Origin: Opitutales bacterium
Lineage (GTDB): Bacteria; Verrucomicrobiota; Verrucomicrobiia; Opitutales; UBA953
Assembly (NCBI GenBank): GCA_017440935.1
Contig: JAFSAO010000020.1
Span: 13,955-77,954, forward strand
DNA length: 64,000 bases
Direction of reading: 5' to 3'
This document shows positions 10,401 to 19,832 of the stretch, in pieces. The position numbers and the translations under genes were made by a program. Position 1 is the first letter of the stretch; the number at the start of each line of letters is the position of its first letter. The notes under the pieces are model-generated. The model worked only from the letters and a program-made list of their open reading frames with translations. It was not told the origin of the DNA and searched no databases.

Positions 10401-10908
10401 GGGCTTAAAGGGCGAAAATCCGATAAAAATTTTTCGTGCGGAAATTCGGCTCGATTTTGTGCGTTTTTCAAATTTGCCCGAATCCGGTGCAAAGGACGTG
10501 CGCACCGAGTATCAGATTCTGAAAGACGAAAAAAATGCCGCGCATCTCGGCGACGTTATCGTCGCGACGCTTCCCGCAGAGTATATTTCCGACGTGCGCG
10601 TGCGCATCGACGCATTTCGCCGGCTCGCTATGGCGGGAACGCCCGACGAGGTGCGCGTGGTCGCAGAATCCATGGAGGATCGTTTCGGGAAACTCCCGCC
10701 CGAGGCGAAAGCATTTTGCGCGATTGCCGAGTTGCGCTGTATTGCCGAGGCGCACGGGATCGCCGAACTCGAAACCGAGGCGGGTGCGATTCGTGCGCGT
10801 CGGCGTCGCGGAGATTTTGTCAAAATCGGTGTCAATTTCCCGCGCCTTTCCTCGCTCGCGCCGCTCAAGCGCCTCCGCGAGCTTCGCGATTTTCTCCTCC
10901 GCCAATAG
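7489..10908 (+). CDS. mfd: Transcription-repair coupling factor
   Basis: UvrB-like N-terminus (GQFSVRGGLIDVYP), CarD/RID domain, helicase motifs CGDVGFGKTE, DEEH and QLRGRVGR, TRG motif RDLELRGAGNILG. The ATG at 7489 is preferred over the GTG at 7453. Confidence 0.97.
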   Translation: MENGRECDFITGVSAAAGGAALAELLRAGTPLTVVVGSNLSRSELLAEDSIFFANFLRKKRVGHQASNLKREYRNEKIVRNPMPDTWSPCVHGLPRISDEEGGAASFENACDLLTVLSALRRAGTDNPMILASTPEALFCAVPAPEAMASRELELVRGMKISLREVAETLAKDFDYDNEALCESPGQFSVRGGLIDVYPLNASAPVRIDFFGDEIEALREFDPETQRSLRKLEKIVVAAGTPVGDASAPQREGALFDYFPAETEIVFAEPESLENIGDLLSVAKQRSWRVRGFSSLDEVPESLCGNTELGVPVAWQCADLEEIAYGEISSAIGSERLAEAEEIRRRVLVQLDVWSRKGERVVIVAESEGSEERLREILDEERQAGTLKKSFSPEIVRGNIGAGFRIVVGESSCVPEEVDGALVVATERELFGRNRRRVSRVRSRRLPHKSRVEQLLDFNELVDGDMLVHLQHGVCVYRGIQTFERAAGTKEEMLALEFENKVKLYVPFREAHLLSRYVGLRKTLPKLGKVGGNAWEKTLKAAEKATLDFAAELLSLQASRQTKPGIAARPDEELPWLREFERAFPFTETPDQAKAICETKLDMERASPMDRLVCGDVGFGKTEVAIRAAFKAVLSGYQVAFLAPTTVLAQQHFNTFRDRFAQYPVSVEMLSRFRTSSQRTKILAQLESGSLDIVIGTHALLSSSVKFKKLGLLVIDEEHRFGVKQKEKIKRFRENVDVLAMSATPIPRTLYMALMGARDLSVIETAPRERLPIQTVVKTYDPKLVKEAILHELGRGGQVFYLHNRVDTIYQVAELLKMLVPEAKIAVGHGQMDERDLECVMTDFVAGRFDVLVCTTIIETGLDIPNCNTIIIEAADRFGLSQLYQLRGRVGRFNRQAYAYLLLHRHRTLISSAKKRLSALRQFNQLGAGFRIAMRDLELRGAGNILGMKQSGHIAGVGFELYCQLLRQSIAGLKGENPIKIFRAEIRLDFVRFSNLPESGAKDVRTEYQILKDEKNAAHLGDVIVATLPAEYISDVRVRIDAFRRLAMAGTPDEVRVVAESMEDRFGKLPPEAKAFCAIAELRCIAEAHGIAELETEAGAIRARRRRGDFVKIGVNFPRLSSLAPLKRLRELRDFLLRQ

Positions 10909-11065
10909 TGCAATCCCGAATCATTGCGTTCCCGTGAAAGAATTTCACCTTCTTTCCCGAGCAGAATTTACTTTAAAAACGCACCGCGCCGCGTAAAATC
11001 GTTTGGCGTTCCCGCGACGGGAACAACAACATTTTTTCAACCCTCAATACTATCCACAAACCACT

Positions 11066-12082
11066 ATGAGAATCCTCGTTACAGGCGGCGCCGGCTACAT
11101 CGGAACGCATACCGTCATCGAACTGCTCCAAGCGGGCTACGACATCACGATTGTCGACAACCTTTACAACTCGCAGGAAGAAGCCGTCAAACGCGGCGCG
11201 GAACTCGCAGGTAAGACGCCGGAATTTCACAAAGTCGATTTGCTCGACTACGCGGCACTCGAAGAAGTTTTCAAAACGCACAAATTTGACGCCGTTATCC
11301 ACTTTGCGGGGTTGAAAGCCGTCGGCGAATCCGTCGCCAAGCCGTTGTTCTACTACCACAACAACATGACGGGAACGTTCAACTTGCTCGACCTGATGAA
11401 AAAATACGGTTGTCGCAACATCGTGTTTTCCTCGTCGGCGACGGTTTACGGTATGCCGGAAAAAGTTCCGCTGGACGAAAGCTGCTCCACGGGAGCGCTC
11501 AATCCGTATGGCGCAACGAAGCTCTTCCTCGAACGCGTGATTTCCGATGTCAAAGCGGCGGAACCGGATTTGGGCGTCGTTCTCCTGCGCTACTTCAATC
11601 CGGTCGGCGCGCACCCGTCGGGACGCATCGGCGAAAATCCGAACGGTATTCCGAACAATCTCATGCCCTACATCGCGCAAGTCGCCGTCGGTCGCCTCCC
11701 GAAAGTCAACGTCTTCGGCGACGACTACCCGACGAAGGACGGCACGGGTGTTCGCGACTACATTCACGTTGTCGACCTCGCTCGCGGGCACCTCGCCGCG
11801 CTTAAGAAACTTGAAAAAACGCCGGGCGAAATTTACACCGTCAATCTCGGCACGGGAACGGGCTATTCCGTCCTCGAAATGATCAAGGCGTTCTCCAAAG
11901 CCTGCGGGAAAGAAATCCCGTATGTGATTGCGCCGCGTCGTCCGGGCGATGCTCCGGAATGCTACGCCGATCCGAAATATGCCAAGGAACTTCTCGGCTG
12001 GGAAGCTACGCACACGCTCGACGATATGTGCGCGTCCAGCTGGAAATGGCAATCGATGAACCCGCAAGGTTACGAAGGCTAA
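11066..12082 (+). CDS. galE: UDP-glucose 4-epimerase
   Basis: ILVTGGAGYIG, FSSSATVYG, YGATK, LRYFNPVGAH and RDYIHVVDLA motifs. Confidence 0.97.
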   Translation: MRILVTGGAGYIGTHTVIELLQAGYDITIVDNLYNSQEEAVKRGAELAGKTPEFHKVDLLDYAALEEVFKTHKFDAVIHFAGLKAVGESVAKPLFYYHNNMTGTFNLLDLMKKYGCRNIVFSSSATVYGMPEKVPLDESCSTGALNPYGATKLFLERVISDVKAAEPDLGVVLLRYFNPVGAHPSGRIGENPNGIPNNLMPYIAQVAVGRLPKVNVFGDDYPTKDGTGVRDYIHVVDLARGHLAALKKLEKTPGEIYTVNLGTGTGYSVLEMIKAFSKACGKEIPYVIAPRRPGDAPECYADPKYAKELLGWEATHTLDDMCASSWKWQSMNPQGYEG

Positions 12083-12111
12083 AAGAGCTTAAAGTTTGAA
12101 ACTTAGAGCTT

Positions 12112-12156
12112 AAAAAGAGGCGTTCCCGCGATTGATTTTGCGGGAACGCTTTTTTC
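12112..12156. terminator. Bidirectional intrinsic terminator between convergent galE and truA
   Basis: Stem CGTTCCCGC (12121-12129) / GCGGGAACG (12140-12148), with an A-run before and a T-run after. Confidence 0.8.
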
Positions 12157-12228
12157 TTAATTCTTTGCCGCAGGGTTGTGAGTTGTTCCGCCTGATTTTT
12201 ATCCGCTTCCCGCTGCACAAAAAAAATC

Positions 12229-13020
12229 TCAGTAAAAGACTTTTTCCATGAAAAGCCCGCGCGCGGGAGCAGTGGAAACGCGCGCGTCGCAGATTTTCGC
12301 TTCGCGGTAGGCGAGTAAATCTTCCGGTGACATTTTTCCGATGCCGACGGTGTAAAGCCCGCCGACGAGCCGCCGCACCATTTTGTAAAGGTAGCCGCTT
12401 GCTTCCGTTGTAATTAAAATTTCTTTACCGCGGCGCACAACATCGAGCCGCCGCAAATCTTTAATCGGATTTTCGCGTTCCGCCGCCGCGTGATTTGCGC
12501 CGAACGCGGAAAAATCGTGGATGCCGAGCAGGAGTTTTCCCGCGCGCTCCATCGCGGGAACGTCGAGTTTTCTTTCCCCCACGCCCCAGCAGTAGCGCGC
12601 CTGAAACGGCGTCGGGAAACCTTCTCGAATGTGGTAGCAGTAGCGTTTGCCTTTGACGGAAAAGCGCGCGTGGAATCCGTTTTTCGCCTTCGCTGCGCGC
12701 AAAACTGTAATCCCCGACGGCATTCCGCTGTGAAGCGCGCGCAAAAGTGTTTCCGGAGGATAATTCCAGCGTGAGTCGAAGTGGAAACATTGCCCGCGCG
12801 CATGCACGCCGGAGTCCGTGCGCCCGCTTCCGTGAATGCGAATTTCCTCGCGCGTGATTTGCGCTAAGCGTTTTTCGAGAAAATCCTGCACGGCGAGCCC
12901 GCAAACCTGACTCTGCCAACCGTGAAAATCCGTGCCGTCGTAGGCGACGATGCAACGGTAGCGCGTGAATCCTTCCGGGATCGCGTTAAAGGGTTTTCCG
13001 CTTGGCGTTTTCTTTTGCAT
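12229..13020 (-). CDS. truA: tRNA pseudouridine(38-40) synthase
   Basis: AYDGTDFHGWQ, GSGRTDSGVHA, FHARFS and YKMVRRLVG motifs. Confidence 0.96.
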   Translation of the reverse strand: MQKKTPSGKPFNAIPEGFTRYRCIVAYDGTDFHGWQSQVCGLAVQDFLEKRLAQITREEIRIHGSGRTDSGVHARGQCFHFDSRWNYPPETLLRALHSGMPSGITVLRAAKAKNGFHARFSVKGKRYCYHIREGFPTPFQARYCWGVGERKLDVPAMERAGKLLLGIHDFSAFGANHAAAERENPIKDLRRLDVVRRGKEILITTEASGYLYKMVRRLVGGLYTVGIGKMSPEDLLAYREAKICDARVSTAPARGLFMEKVFY

Positions 13021-13105
13021 AAAAAGAAGAAACCACGAAGCACAAAGCTTTCCAATTCGATTTTTCTTCTGTAAAAAAACTTGCGGCGATTCTAAATTTT
13101 AGCGC

Positions 13106-14542
13106 ATGGAAAATGTTTTAAACGGCGCATTTGTCGAAAAAACGCTTGGCGCGAAATGGCGCGGCGGGAACGTTCCCGGGAAAATCGCGGGGGCTGCAAT
13201 CGACACTCGAAAAATTTTGCCCGGCGAAATTTTTGTCGCCATCAAAACGGCAAACCGCGACGGACACGATTTTCTCGAAACGGCGCGGGAACGCGGCGCG
13301 GCGGGAGCGCTCGTCTCGCGTTTTGTTCCCGAAGTCGCGCTTCCGCAAATTGTCGTTCCCGACACGGTCGCGGCTCTGCAGAAGCTCGCGGCGGTGCATC
13401 GCATCGAAAATTTCCGTGTCGGGAAAACGGTTTTCGGCGTTACGGGAAGCGTCGGGAAAACTTCGACGAAGGATTTGCTCGCGCTGATTTTGTCGCAGGA
13501 AGCGCCGACTTTGGCGACGGAGAAAAATTTGAACAACACGCTCGGCGTGCCGCTTACGCTTTTGAAAATAAATCCGGAAGTCCACCGCTTTGCTGTGGTT
13601 GAAGCGGGCATGAGCGTTCCCGGCGAACTCGGCGTTTCCGCGCAAATGATTTTTCCGGATGTCGCGTTGGTCACCAATGTCAAGCCGGCGCACCTCGAAG
13701 GCTTGGGCACAATGGAAAACATCGCGCGGGAAAAAGCCTCGCTCGCGGCGGATGTTCACGACGGGAGCGTGATTTTCAATGCGGATTTGTTGCAATACGA
13801 AAGTTTCCGGAAGATTCGCGCGGCACTTGCCGATGTGCTTTCCCGCAATGCGGAAGAAGCGGCACTTACAGAATCATGGAAGCAAAGCGATGAATTTGAA
13901 ATCGCTTATTTTGCGGATAGCGTCGCTTGCGAAATTCTGGATGCGGGGAATAATGTATTTTATTTAAAAATACAGGCGACGCACGAAAAGGAAGGTGTTT
14001 TTACCGTGCGGAACATTTCGCGCGGCTTGGCGGAAAACGCGGCTTTGGCGATTCAGGCTGCGAGCGAATTCGTTTCGCCGGAAAAAATTCAGGCGGCGCT
14101 CGACGCGTGGAAACCGTCTGCAAATCGCGGCGAGGTGCGGGAACGCGCGTGCGGCGGAAAAATTTTTGTCGATTGCTACAATGCTTCTCCGGCATCGATG
14201 CTGGATTCGGCGGATGCTTTTGCGACGCGTTTTGCGGGAACTCCGGAAATGCCGCGCCTTTTCGTGCTCGGCGGCATGGGAGAACTGGGGGAAACTTCGG
14301 AACCTCTTCATCGCGAAGTCGGCGAAAAATTGCCGCTTTGCGCGGAGACGGATTTTCTTGCGCTTTTCGGCGGGAACGCTGCGCAAATCGGGCAGGGCGC
14401 GGTCGCGGCGGGTTTTCCGCGGGAACGCGTGCACATGTTCGACGATATCGTCGAGCTTCGTGAATTTATCGCGGCATTTCGCGGGAACGTCATGCTCAAA
14501 GGCTCGCGTACTTTTGCCCTTGAGCGCGCAATCCCTGCGTGA
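13106..14542 (+). CDS. murF: UDP-N-acetylmuramoyl-tripeptide--D-alanyl-D-alanine ligase
   Basis: DTRKILPGEIFVAI, VTGSVGKTSTK P-loop, NNTLGVPLT, DCYNASPASM, GGMGELG and KGSR motifs. Confidence 0.95.
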   Translation: MENVLNGAFVEKTLGAKWRGGNVPGKIAGAAIDTRKILPGEIFVAIKTANRDGHDFLETARERGAAGALVSRFVPEVALPQIVVPDTVAALQKLAAVHRIENFRVGKTVFGVTGSVGKTSTKDLLALILSQEAPTLATEKNLNNTLGVPLTLLKINPEVHRFAVVEAGMSVPGELGVSAQMIFPDVALVTNVKPAHLEGLGTMENIAREKASLAADVHDGSVIFNADLLQYESFRKIRAALADVLSRNAEEAALTESWKQSDEFEIAYFADSVACEILDAGNNVFYLKIQATHEKEGVFTVRNISRGLAENAALAIQAASEFVSPEKIQAALDAWKPSANRGEVRERACGGKIFVDCYNASPASMLDSADAFATRFAGTPEMPRLFVLGGMGELGETSEPLHREVGEKLPLCAETDFLALFGGNAAQIGQGAVAAGFPRERVHMFDDIVELREFIAAFRGNVMLKGSRTFALERAIPA

Positions 14543-14609
14543 TTTTTAATTTCTGCTTTTGCGGTAGATTAAATTTGACGATAGACATGCGGACTCACAT
14601 CATCGCCGC

Positions 14610-16031
14610 ATGCTCTACTCCTTGCTTACCCGAAAAATAGGATTTTTGTTTTTTATTCTTTCGGCGTTCCCGCTCTTTGCCGGAACGATGGAGATAAAAA
14701 TACATTCGGATCTTCCAATCGCGGAGACGGGAAATTCGGAACGTGTGGCGATTTTCAATTCGAGAAAATCCCGGAAAAGCGAAGCGAAAGTTTGGGTAAC
14801 GATTGAAAAAAAGCCGATTCCGCGCAAAGAGTTCATTCTCGTCGAGCCGCCTAAAGCCGAGTGGGCGCACGGGAACGTGTGGCGAGTTGAGGATGTTTTC
14901 GATGATAAAGGGGGAATTGACCAATTCAGTAAATTGGTGGTTTTGGATAAAGCCTCGGATTGGGGCAAAGAAGACAAATTTTCTGCAACGGTAACGTATT
15001 ATCAGGTTCGGGAACATCCGTTGCCGCCGAGGCGTGACGGTTCACCTGAGGACAACGGACCTTATTTTGCGGGAAGCGATACGAAATCGTTGGTAGTGGT
15101 TGCGCCGGAAGTTTCTCTTGAGAGCGTAACGTTTAATCACGTTCCCGGGAACAGCGATTCTGACGGGGTAGATTTGAGAAAAAGCTACTCGGACCCGGAT
15201 TTTGTCGGACCGGAATGGAGTCTCGCGGGAACGCAACCGGTAGCGTATCGGGCGGGCGTTCGCCCGACGGTGAAGGTGGATTTCAAGATTCGTCCGTCAC
15301 GATTGAATAGAGTTCGGGCGAAGGCGGAAGAGAGCGGGATGGGTTTAACGTGGGGGATTTCTGAATCCTGGAGCACTTCTTCGAGCGGAATTTTTTCGGG
15401 AGTTACGGCGGTTTCTCCGCAAATAGATAAGGGCTATGTGTCTTGGAAATGGGCTGTTACGGGTTTTAACGGCGTTCCCGCCTACGGCTGGGACGATGTC
15501 CGGACGACGACCGTTTCTGTGTATAAAATCTTAGGTCAGCCGCAGTCTCCGTGGAAAGAAGGTGCGGGAACGCAAAAGCCTTGGACGGACGCACTGGACT
15601 TCGCGATAGAAAAATGCGGAACAAAAGGAAAGCTAAATGAAAAGAGCGCACTAGTAATGGCAACGGCGGCTTTACACAAAAAACCATATTGCCAGCACTC
15701 GTCATGTTATTCGCATGGTGGAGCCTTTGATTTTTCGCAATATATGAGAGAAGGCGGGAACGTGAATTGTTATGATTCTGCCGCAGGATTAACCACGGTT
15801 GCGGGCTTGATAGGAATACGAATTTTTCCTAAAGAGCAAACCCGAATTCAAGGTCCACTTCCTAATACCTATTGGAGTGCGCATTGTTATGGTGTTTATA
15901 AGAACTTGGTTTACGATTGCTGTAGTGCCTTAAATTTAGTCAACGGATTGGATTTTTATGTCTATCAAAAACTGATTAAACCTAGAGTGGATTCTGAAAT
16001 TAAAGACCTACCGATAACTGGAATAAAATGA
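14610..16031 (+). CDS. Secreted hypothetical protein with a putative C-terminal papain/transglutaminase-like Cys-His-Asp domain
   Basis: Signal peptide and beta-rich N-terminal part. The C-terminus has NCYDSAA...GLIGI...AHCY...VYDC, a spacing consistent with a C-H-D triad. Fold assignment is inference. Confidence 0.55.
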   Translation: MLYSLLTRKIGFLFFILSAFPLFAGTMEIKIHSDLPIAETGNSERVAIFNSRKSRKSEAKVWVTIEKKPIPRKEFILVEPPKAEWAHGNVWRVEDVFDDKGGIDQFSKLVVLDKASDWGKEDKFSATVTYYQVREHPLPPRRDGSPEDNGPYFAGSDTKSLVVVAPEVSLESVTFNHVPGNSDSDGVDLRKSYSDPDFVGPEWSLAGTQPVAYRAGVRPTVKVDFKIRPSRLNRVRAKAEESGMGLTWGISESWSTSSSGIFSGVTAVSPQIDKGYVSWKWAVTGFNGVPAYGWDDVRTTTVSVYKILGQPQSPWKEGAGTQKPWTDALDFAIEKCGTKGKLNEKSALVMATAALHKKPYCQHSSCYSHGGAFDFSQYMREGGNVNCYDSAAGLTTVAGLIGIRIFPKEQTRIQGPLPNTYWSAHCYGVYKNLVYDCCSALNLVNGLDFYVYQKLIKPRVDSEIKDLPITGIK

Positions 16032-17395
16032 AAAAAATAATAGTAATGTTATTAGCAGCTTGCTACATGTGTTTTCCGGCTAATGCAATTTCTCTTTTTG
16101 AATTAAGAAACGATGAAGGTTTTGACGAAGTATTGGAAGTGGTCGCGAAAAAACTTAATCTCGTTTTTCCGAAAGAAAGCGGAAAGTATTACGAGGAAGG
16201 TGAGTTTTACAATAAATTTTTTGGTGTTTCCGGTTGGGCAGTTGTTGAAAGAGAAGGCAAAAAAAAAGATTATTTGTATTTGTATTCGTCCCGGTTAAAC
16301 AGAACTATAAAGGTTCATCTCGTATGGACGAAAAATCCGGACGATATAAGGCTTACGTTTTTCGATTTGTTTTTGGGTACGTATAGCCAGTGGTATGAAA
16401 TAGATAAGGATTATGCGGCTACCAAACTTGGAGATTACGGCATTTTTTCCAAACATAACGATAGAGCTTACTTTGTTCACGGAAACGTGTGTGTGTCAAT
16501 GCGTGTAATGGATTGGCAAGCGACCGTTTCTTTTTCTGAGTTCTCGAATTTAGTGAACGCTCTTGTAAATATTATTGAGGGAAAATCAGATTTTTTGCCG
16601 GAGGACACTCCGGAGTTTGTGGAGATTCGTAAAGCGTATGAGGCGGAGCTTTTGCGTCGCCGTAAGGTTGCGGCGGAGGAAAGTGCGAAGCGGGAACGCG
16701 AATGGAAGGAGCAACAACGCAAAAAGAAAATAGAAAACTTGAAAACTTTTGCGGTCAAACCGGAGCAGGAACGTGATGCTTACAAAAAATTGGAAACGCG
16801 TTTTGAGCTTTTGAAAAACCACTTAAAACCTAAAAGCGTTCCCGCCGGAATGCACGATCCTGACGCGTGGAAAAAGCTCTCTCAAAAAACGATTCCGCCC
16901 CTTTTTAAAAAGTATAAATTTTACATGAATGAGTGGCAGGAGCCGCTACTGTTCGGCTTTAATGTTTGGCGTGATGATCCCGAAATAAAGAAAACAAAGC
17001 CCAAAGGGACGGACTACGATGTTGAAATCGCGCACGCGAAAACCTTTGAAGATGCTTGGGATTGGGCACTGTATTTTCGTCTCAAATACAGCGAGGACAC
17101 GGAACAACGTGCACGTCTTACGATGAAACAATTAGCGCGCGCCACGCACCGAAATGCGTTCCCGAACTTGGGCGACCTCAATATTTCCTGGCGCGGGCGC
17201 ATGACTTCTTCATTTTATCCCGAGGAAAAAAGCGCGGAATCGCTCATTATCTTTATTCGCGGCACGACGACGGTTTGCGTGCGCTCTTGCTACTCGGATT
17301 CTTCCGCGCTCCCGCTCGCTCGCCTCTTAGATAAACAACTTCTCGAAGGCGACGCGTCCCGCCCCGTTGAATTTTATCTCCCCGAAAACTTTTAA
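16028..17395 (+). CDS. Secreted hypothetical protein with two homologous domains joined by a charged helix
   Basis: Signal peptide MKKIIVMLLAACYMCFPANA; ATGA overlap with the upstream gene; repeated LGD...F(V/I)(H/R)G.....V pattern. Confidence 0.65.
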   Translation: MKKIIVMLLAACYMCFPANAISLFELRNDEGFDEVLEVVAKKLNLVFPKESGKYYEEGEFYNKFFGVSGWAVVEREGKKKDYLYLYSSRLNRTIKVHLVWTKNPDDIRLTFFDLFLGTYSQWYEIDKDYAATKLGDYGIFSKHNDRAYFVHGNVCVSMRVMDWQATVSFSEFSNLVNALVNIIEGKSDFLPEDTPEFVEIRKAYEAELLRRRKVAAEESAKREREWKEQQRKKKIENLKTFAVKPEQERDAYKKLETRFELLKNHLKPKSVPAGMHDPDAWKKLSQKTIPPLFKKYKFYMNEWQEPLLFGFNVWRDDPEIKKTKPKGTDYDVEIAHAKTFEDAWDWALYFRLKYSEDTEQRARLTMKQLARATHRNAFPNLGDLNISWRGRMTSSFYPEEKSAESLIIFIRGTTTVCVRSCYSDSSALPLARLLDKQLLEGDASRPVEFYLPENF

Positions 17396-17414
17396 ACCTC
17401 AAAAAACAACCCGT

Positions 17415-19832
17415 ATGTCAGACTTCTTTAAAAAAACAATTTTTCTCGGAGTATCTTTTTGGCTCTTTACTCTTTCTCTGATCGCCTCGGAGTGGAAATC
17501 CGCATTTCCGGAAGCCCTGCAAAAGAAGTTTCCGGCTCAATTCGTAACCGCGCTTGAACGCGGGAACGACGGCGAAATTTGGATCGCAACGGAGCGGCAA
17601 GGGCTTTTTCGCATGAAGAAAGAAAACGGAGAGTGGACGTGGAAACGCGTTCCCGCGCAAAAAGGATTTCCCGAAACGGAACATTTTTATGCGCTTTGTC
17701 GCGATAAATTCGGTCGCATCTGGGCGGGAACAGATCGCCGCGGCGTGGCTGTTTTTGACGGGAAAAACTGGCAAACGCTCAATCGGAGAAGCGGGTTGCC
17801 GGCAACGCGGATTTTTTCGCTCGCGGCGTCCCCGCGTAGCGGCGACGTTGCCGTTGCCCATGATTGCGGAATTTCCGTCTGCTTCGGCGAAACGGGAAAA
17901 TGGAAGCATTTTACGATTCTAGACGGATTGCCGACAAACCAGCCCTCGTGCGTGAGTTTTTCCGTCGACGGAACGCTCTGGGCGGGATTTCAGTGCGGCG
18001 GCGTGGCTTCCGCTTCGTCAAAAAACGCTTATGCGAGCTGGAAAAAATTTGCTGCTCCGTGGAGCTTCGGCGGAAAAAACAACGTGCTTTTCCCGACTTC
18101 GGCGGCGGGAACGGGGCTTCCTTCCAATTTCGTGAATTGGGTTTGCGCCTTCGGCGAAAATAACGTGGCTTGCGGAACGGTTTCCGGACTCGGATTTACG
18201 AACGTGAACGGAGCTTGGGAATTTCTGCGCGGCGCGGATTTTCCGAAAAAGGCGGAGCTGCTCATCAACGGGAAGCCGGACAAAATCGAGCTTCCGGATG
18301 CGGAGACGAAGAAGAAGCTTCTGCCGGAAGATTTTATAACTTATCTGAAGTCGACGAAAGACGGGCTTTGGGCGGGAACACGCCGGCGGGGTTTAGTGTT
18401 GCTTGATCCGGAAAACGGTTTTGCTCCGAAAATCCGGGAAGGGCTTGATGCCCGTCAGGCAGACGGCGTTTGGGTGCGATCCGTTTTGCCGATTGGCGAA
18501 GAAACCTTGCTCGTCGCAAGCTACGGGAACGGACTAAAGGCAATTCGAGGACAGAGCGACGGTATGCCCGAAATTTTGAAAAATGAGAGCGAAAAGGCTC
18601 CGGCGTTTGATTTTTCCCCGAGCGAGGAAAATGAAGTCGCAGTGATGCGGGAACGCCTGGAAAATGCGCCGGAACTGCCGAGCGGGAAACCGTGGGCGGT
18701 TTTTCTCGGTGAGGATTGGGAAACGCGCGGGAACTGGTGTGAACGCTACGGGCAACGCAGTGCGAACCTCTGTGCTGTTTTTGCTCCGAACGAAGTTTGC
18801 CGCTATACCTTTGATCACGCGTATTACGTCCGGGGCGGAATCGGGAAAAGCGCCAAACCGGATGCTCTGCGCCATTGGGTTCACTGGGTGAACAAAATGG
18901 ACAACGAAAATATTCTTTTTGAACCCGAAAGCCACATGCGCGAAGAAGCGGAGTGGGACGATCACGGAGAAGCTTATCCGTTTGAGCAGGAAGGACCCGA
19001 CGTTTGGGCTTACGTCAAAGTTCCGGCGGGAACGCAGCTCGTTTCGCTGTATTTTTATTGCCCGAATCCGGAAATGCCGCGCTCAAAATATCGTGATTTT
19101 CCGATAGAAGTGCGTTTTCAGCGAGACAATAACACGGACGGCGAAGTGCTGGCGCGCGCTCGCGTTTCGGATTTTGCGGGAAGCGGCGTTTATAAAAATT
19201 TTGCCGTGAGCGGCGGTGGCGTTTTCGCCTTTCGCGTTTGCCGTAATTATTCTTTCAATACAATTTTAAACGGCGTTTTTGTAAGCCGCCTCAACGAGCC
19301 CGTAAAAGACAAAGACCGGGAAGGCTGGACGTATCGCGCTTATCGCGGCGACGAACTCATCCCGCGACCGGCATCGCTCGACAGCCTTTCGGAAGAGGAT
19401 TTTCCGCCGGATGCCCTGGCACTTTGGCGAACGGCGACGTCTCATGACGGTAGCCGCCTCGGCTTGCAGATGCGCCAATTCGGACGAAATCTCGCCTATG
19501 TCCGCGCCCGGCAAGTCGCCGCTCCCGAATGTCTTCTGGAAAATTGGGGCTGGCATATCGGGCTTGAACTTCCCGGCGAACGCGAAGAATTTGTCAGAAA
19601 AATGCGGGCGGGTTGGGATAAATTTCAGGAAGTTAACCGTTTTGCCAACAGCGAAAATTTTTACCCCTACAGCCCGAACGTGATTCCGTTTACCTCAGAC
19701 GAAATTGACCAAATGGCGTGGGCGGGGATTGATTGGAAGCAATATCGTCCCGGCGGAAAACCGGAAATATCCGTCGAAGAAATGAAAAAGAAAATCAGGG
19801 AAATCAAAGCGAAAAAGGAAAACAAGAAGTGA
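17415..19832 (+). CDS. Exported beta-propeller (two-component-regulator-propeller-like) protein with an unknown C-terminal domain
   Basis: Signal peptide; repeated IWIAT / IWAGT / LWAGF / LWAGT blades and GLP..I/S motifs; no histidine-kinase domain. Start at ATG 17415. Confidence 0.65.
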   Translation: MSDFFKKTIFLGVSFWLFTLSLIASEWKSAFPEALQKKFPAQFVTALERGNDGEIWIATERQGLFRMKKENGEWTWKRVPAQKGFPETEHFYALCRDKFGRIWAGTDRRGVAVFDGKNWQTLNRRSGLPATRIFSLAASPRSGDVAVAHDCGISVCFGETGKWKHFTILDGLPTNQPSCVSFSVDGTLWAGFQCGGVASASSKNAYASWKKFAAPWSFGGKNNVLFPTSAAGTGLPSNFVNWVCAFGENNVACGTVSGLGFTNVNGAWEFLRGADFPKKAELLINGKPDKIELPDAETKKKLLPEDFITYLKSTKDGLWAGTRRRGLVLLDPENGFAPKIREGLDARQADGVWVRSVLPIGEETLLVASYGNGLKAIRGQSDGMPEILKNESEKAPAFDFSPSEENEVAVMRERLENAPELPSGKPWAVFLGEDWETRGNWCERYGQRSANLCAVFAPNEVCRYTFDHAYYVRGGIGKSAKPDALRHWVHWVNKMDNENILFEPESHMREEAEWDDHGEAYPFEQEGPDVWAYVKVPAGTQLVSLYFYCPNPEMPRSKYRDFPIEVRFQRDNNTDGEVLARARVSDFAGSGVYKNFAVSGGGVFAFRVCRNYSFNTILNGVFVSRLNEPVKDKDREGWTYRAYRGDELIPRPASLDSLSEEDFPPDALALWRTATSHDGSRLGLQMRQFGRNLAYVRARQVAAPECLLENWGWHIGLELPGEREEFVRKMRAGWDKFQEVNRFANSENFYPYSPNVIPFTSDEIDQMAWAGIDWKQYRPGGKPEISVEEMKKKIREIKAKKENKK

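Noticed and set aside
12083-12117. AGAGCTTAAA direct repeat flanking GTTTGAAAC, superficially like a CRISPR repeat end
   Set aside because: Only two 10-bp copies, no spacers of regular length, and no cas genes.
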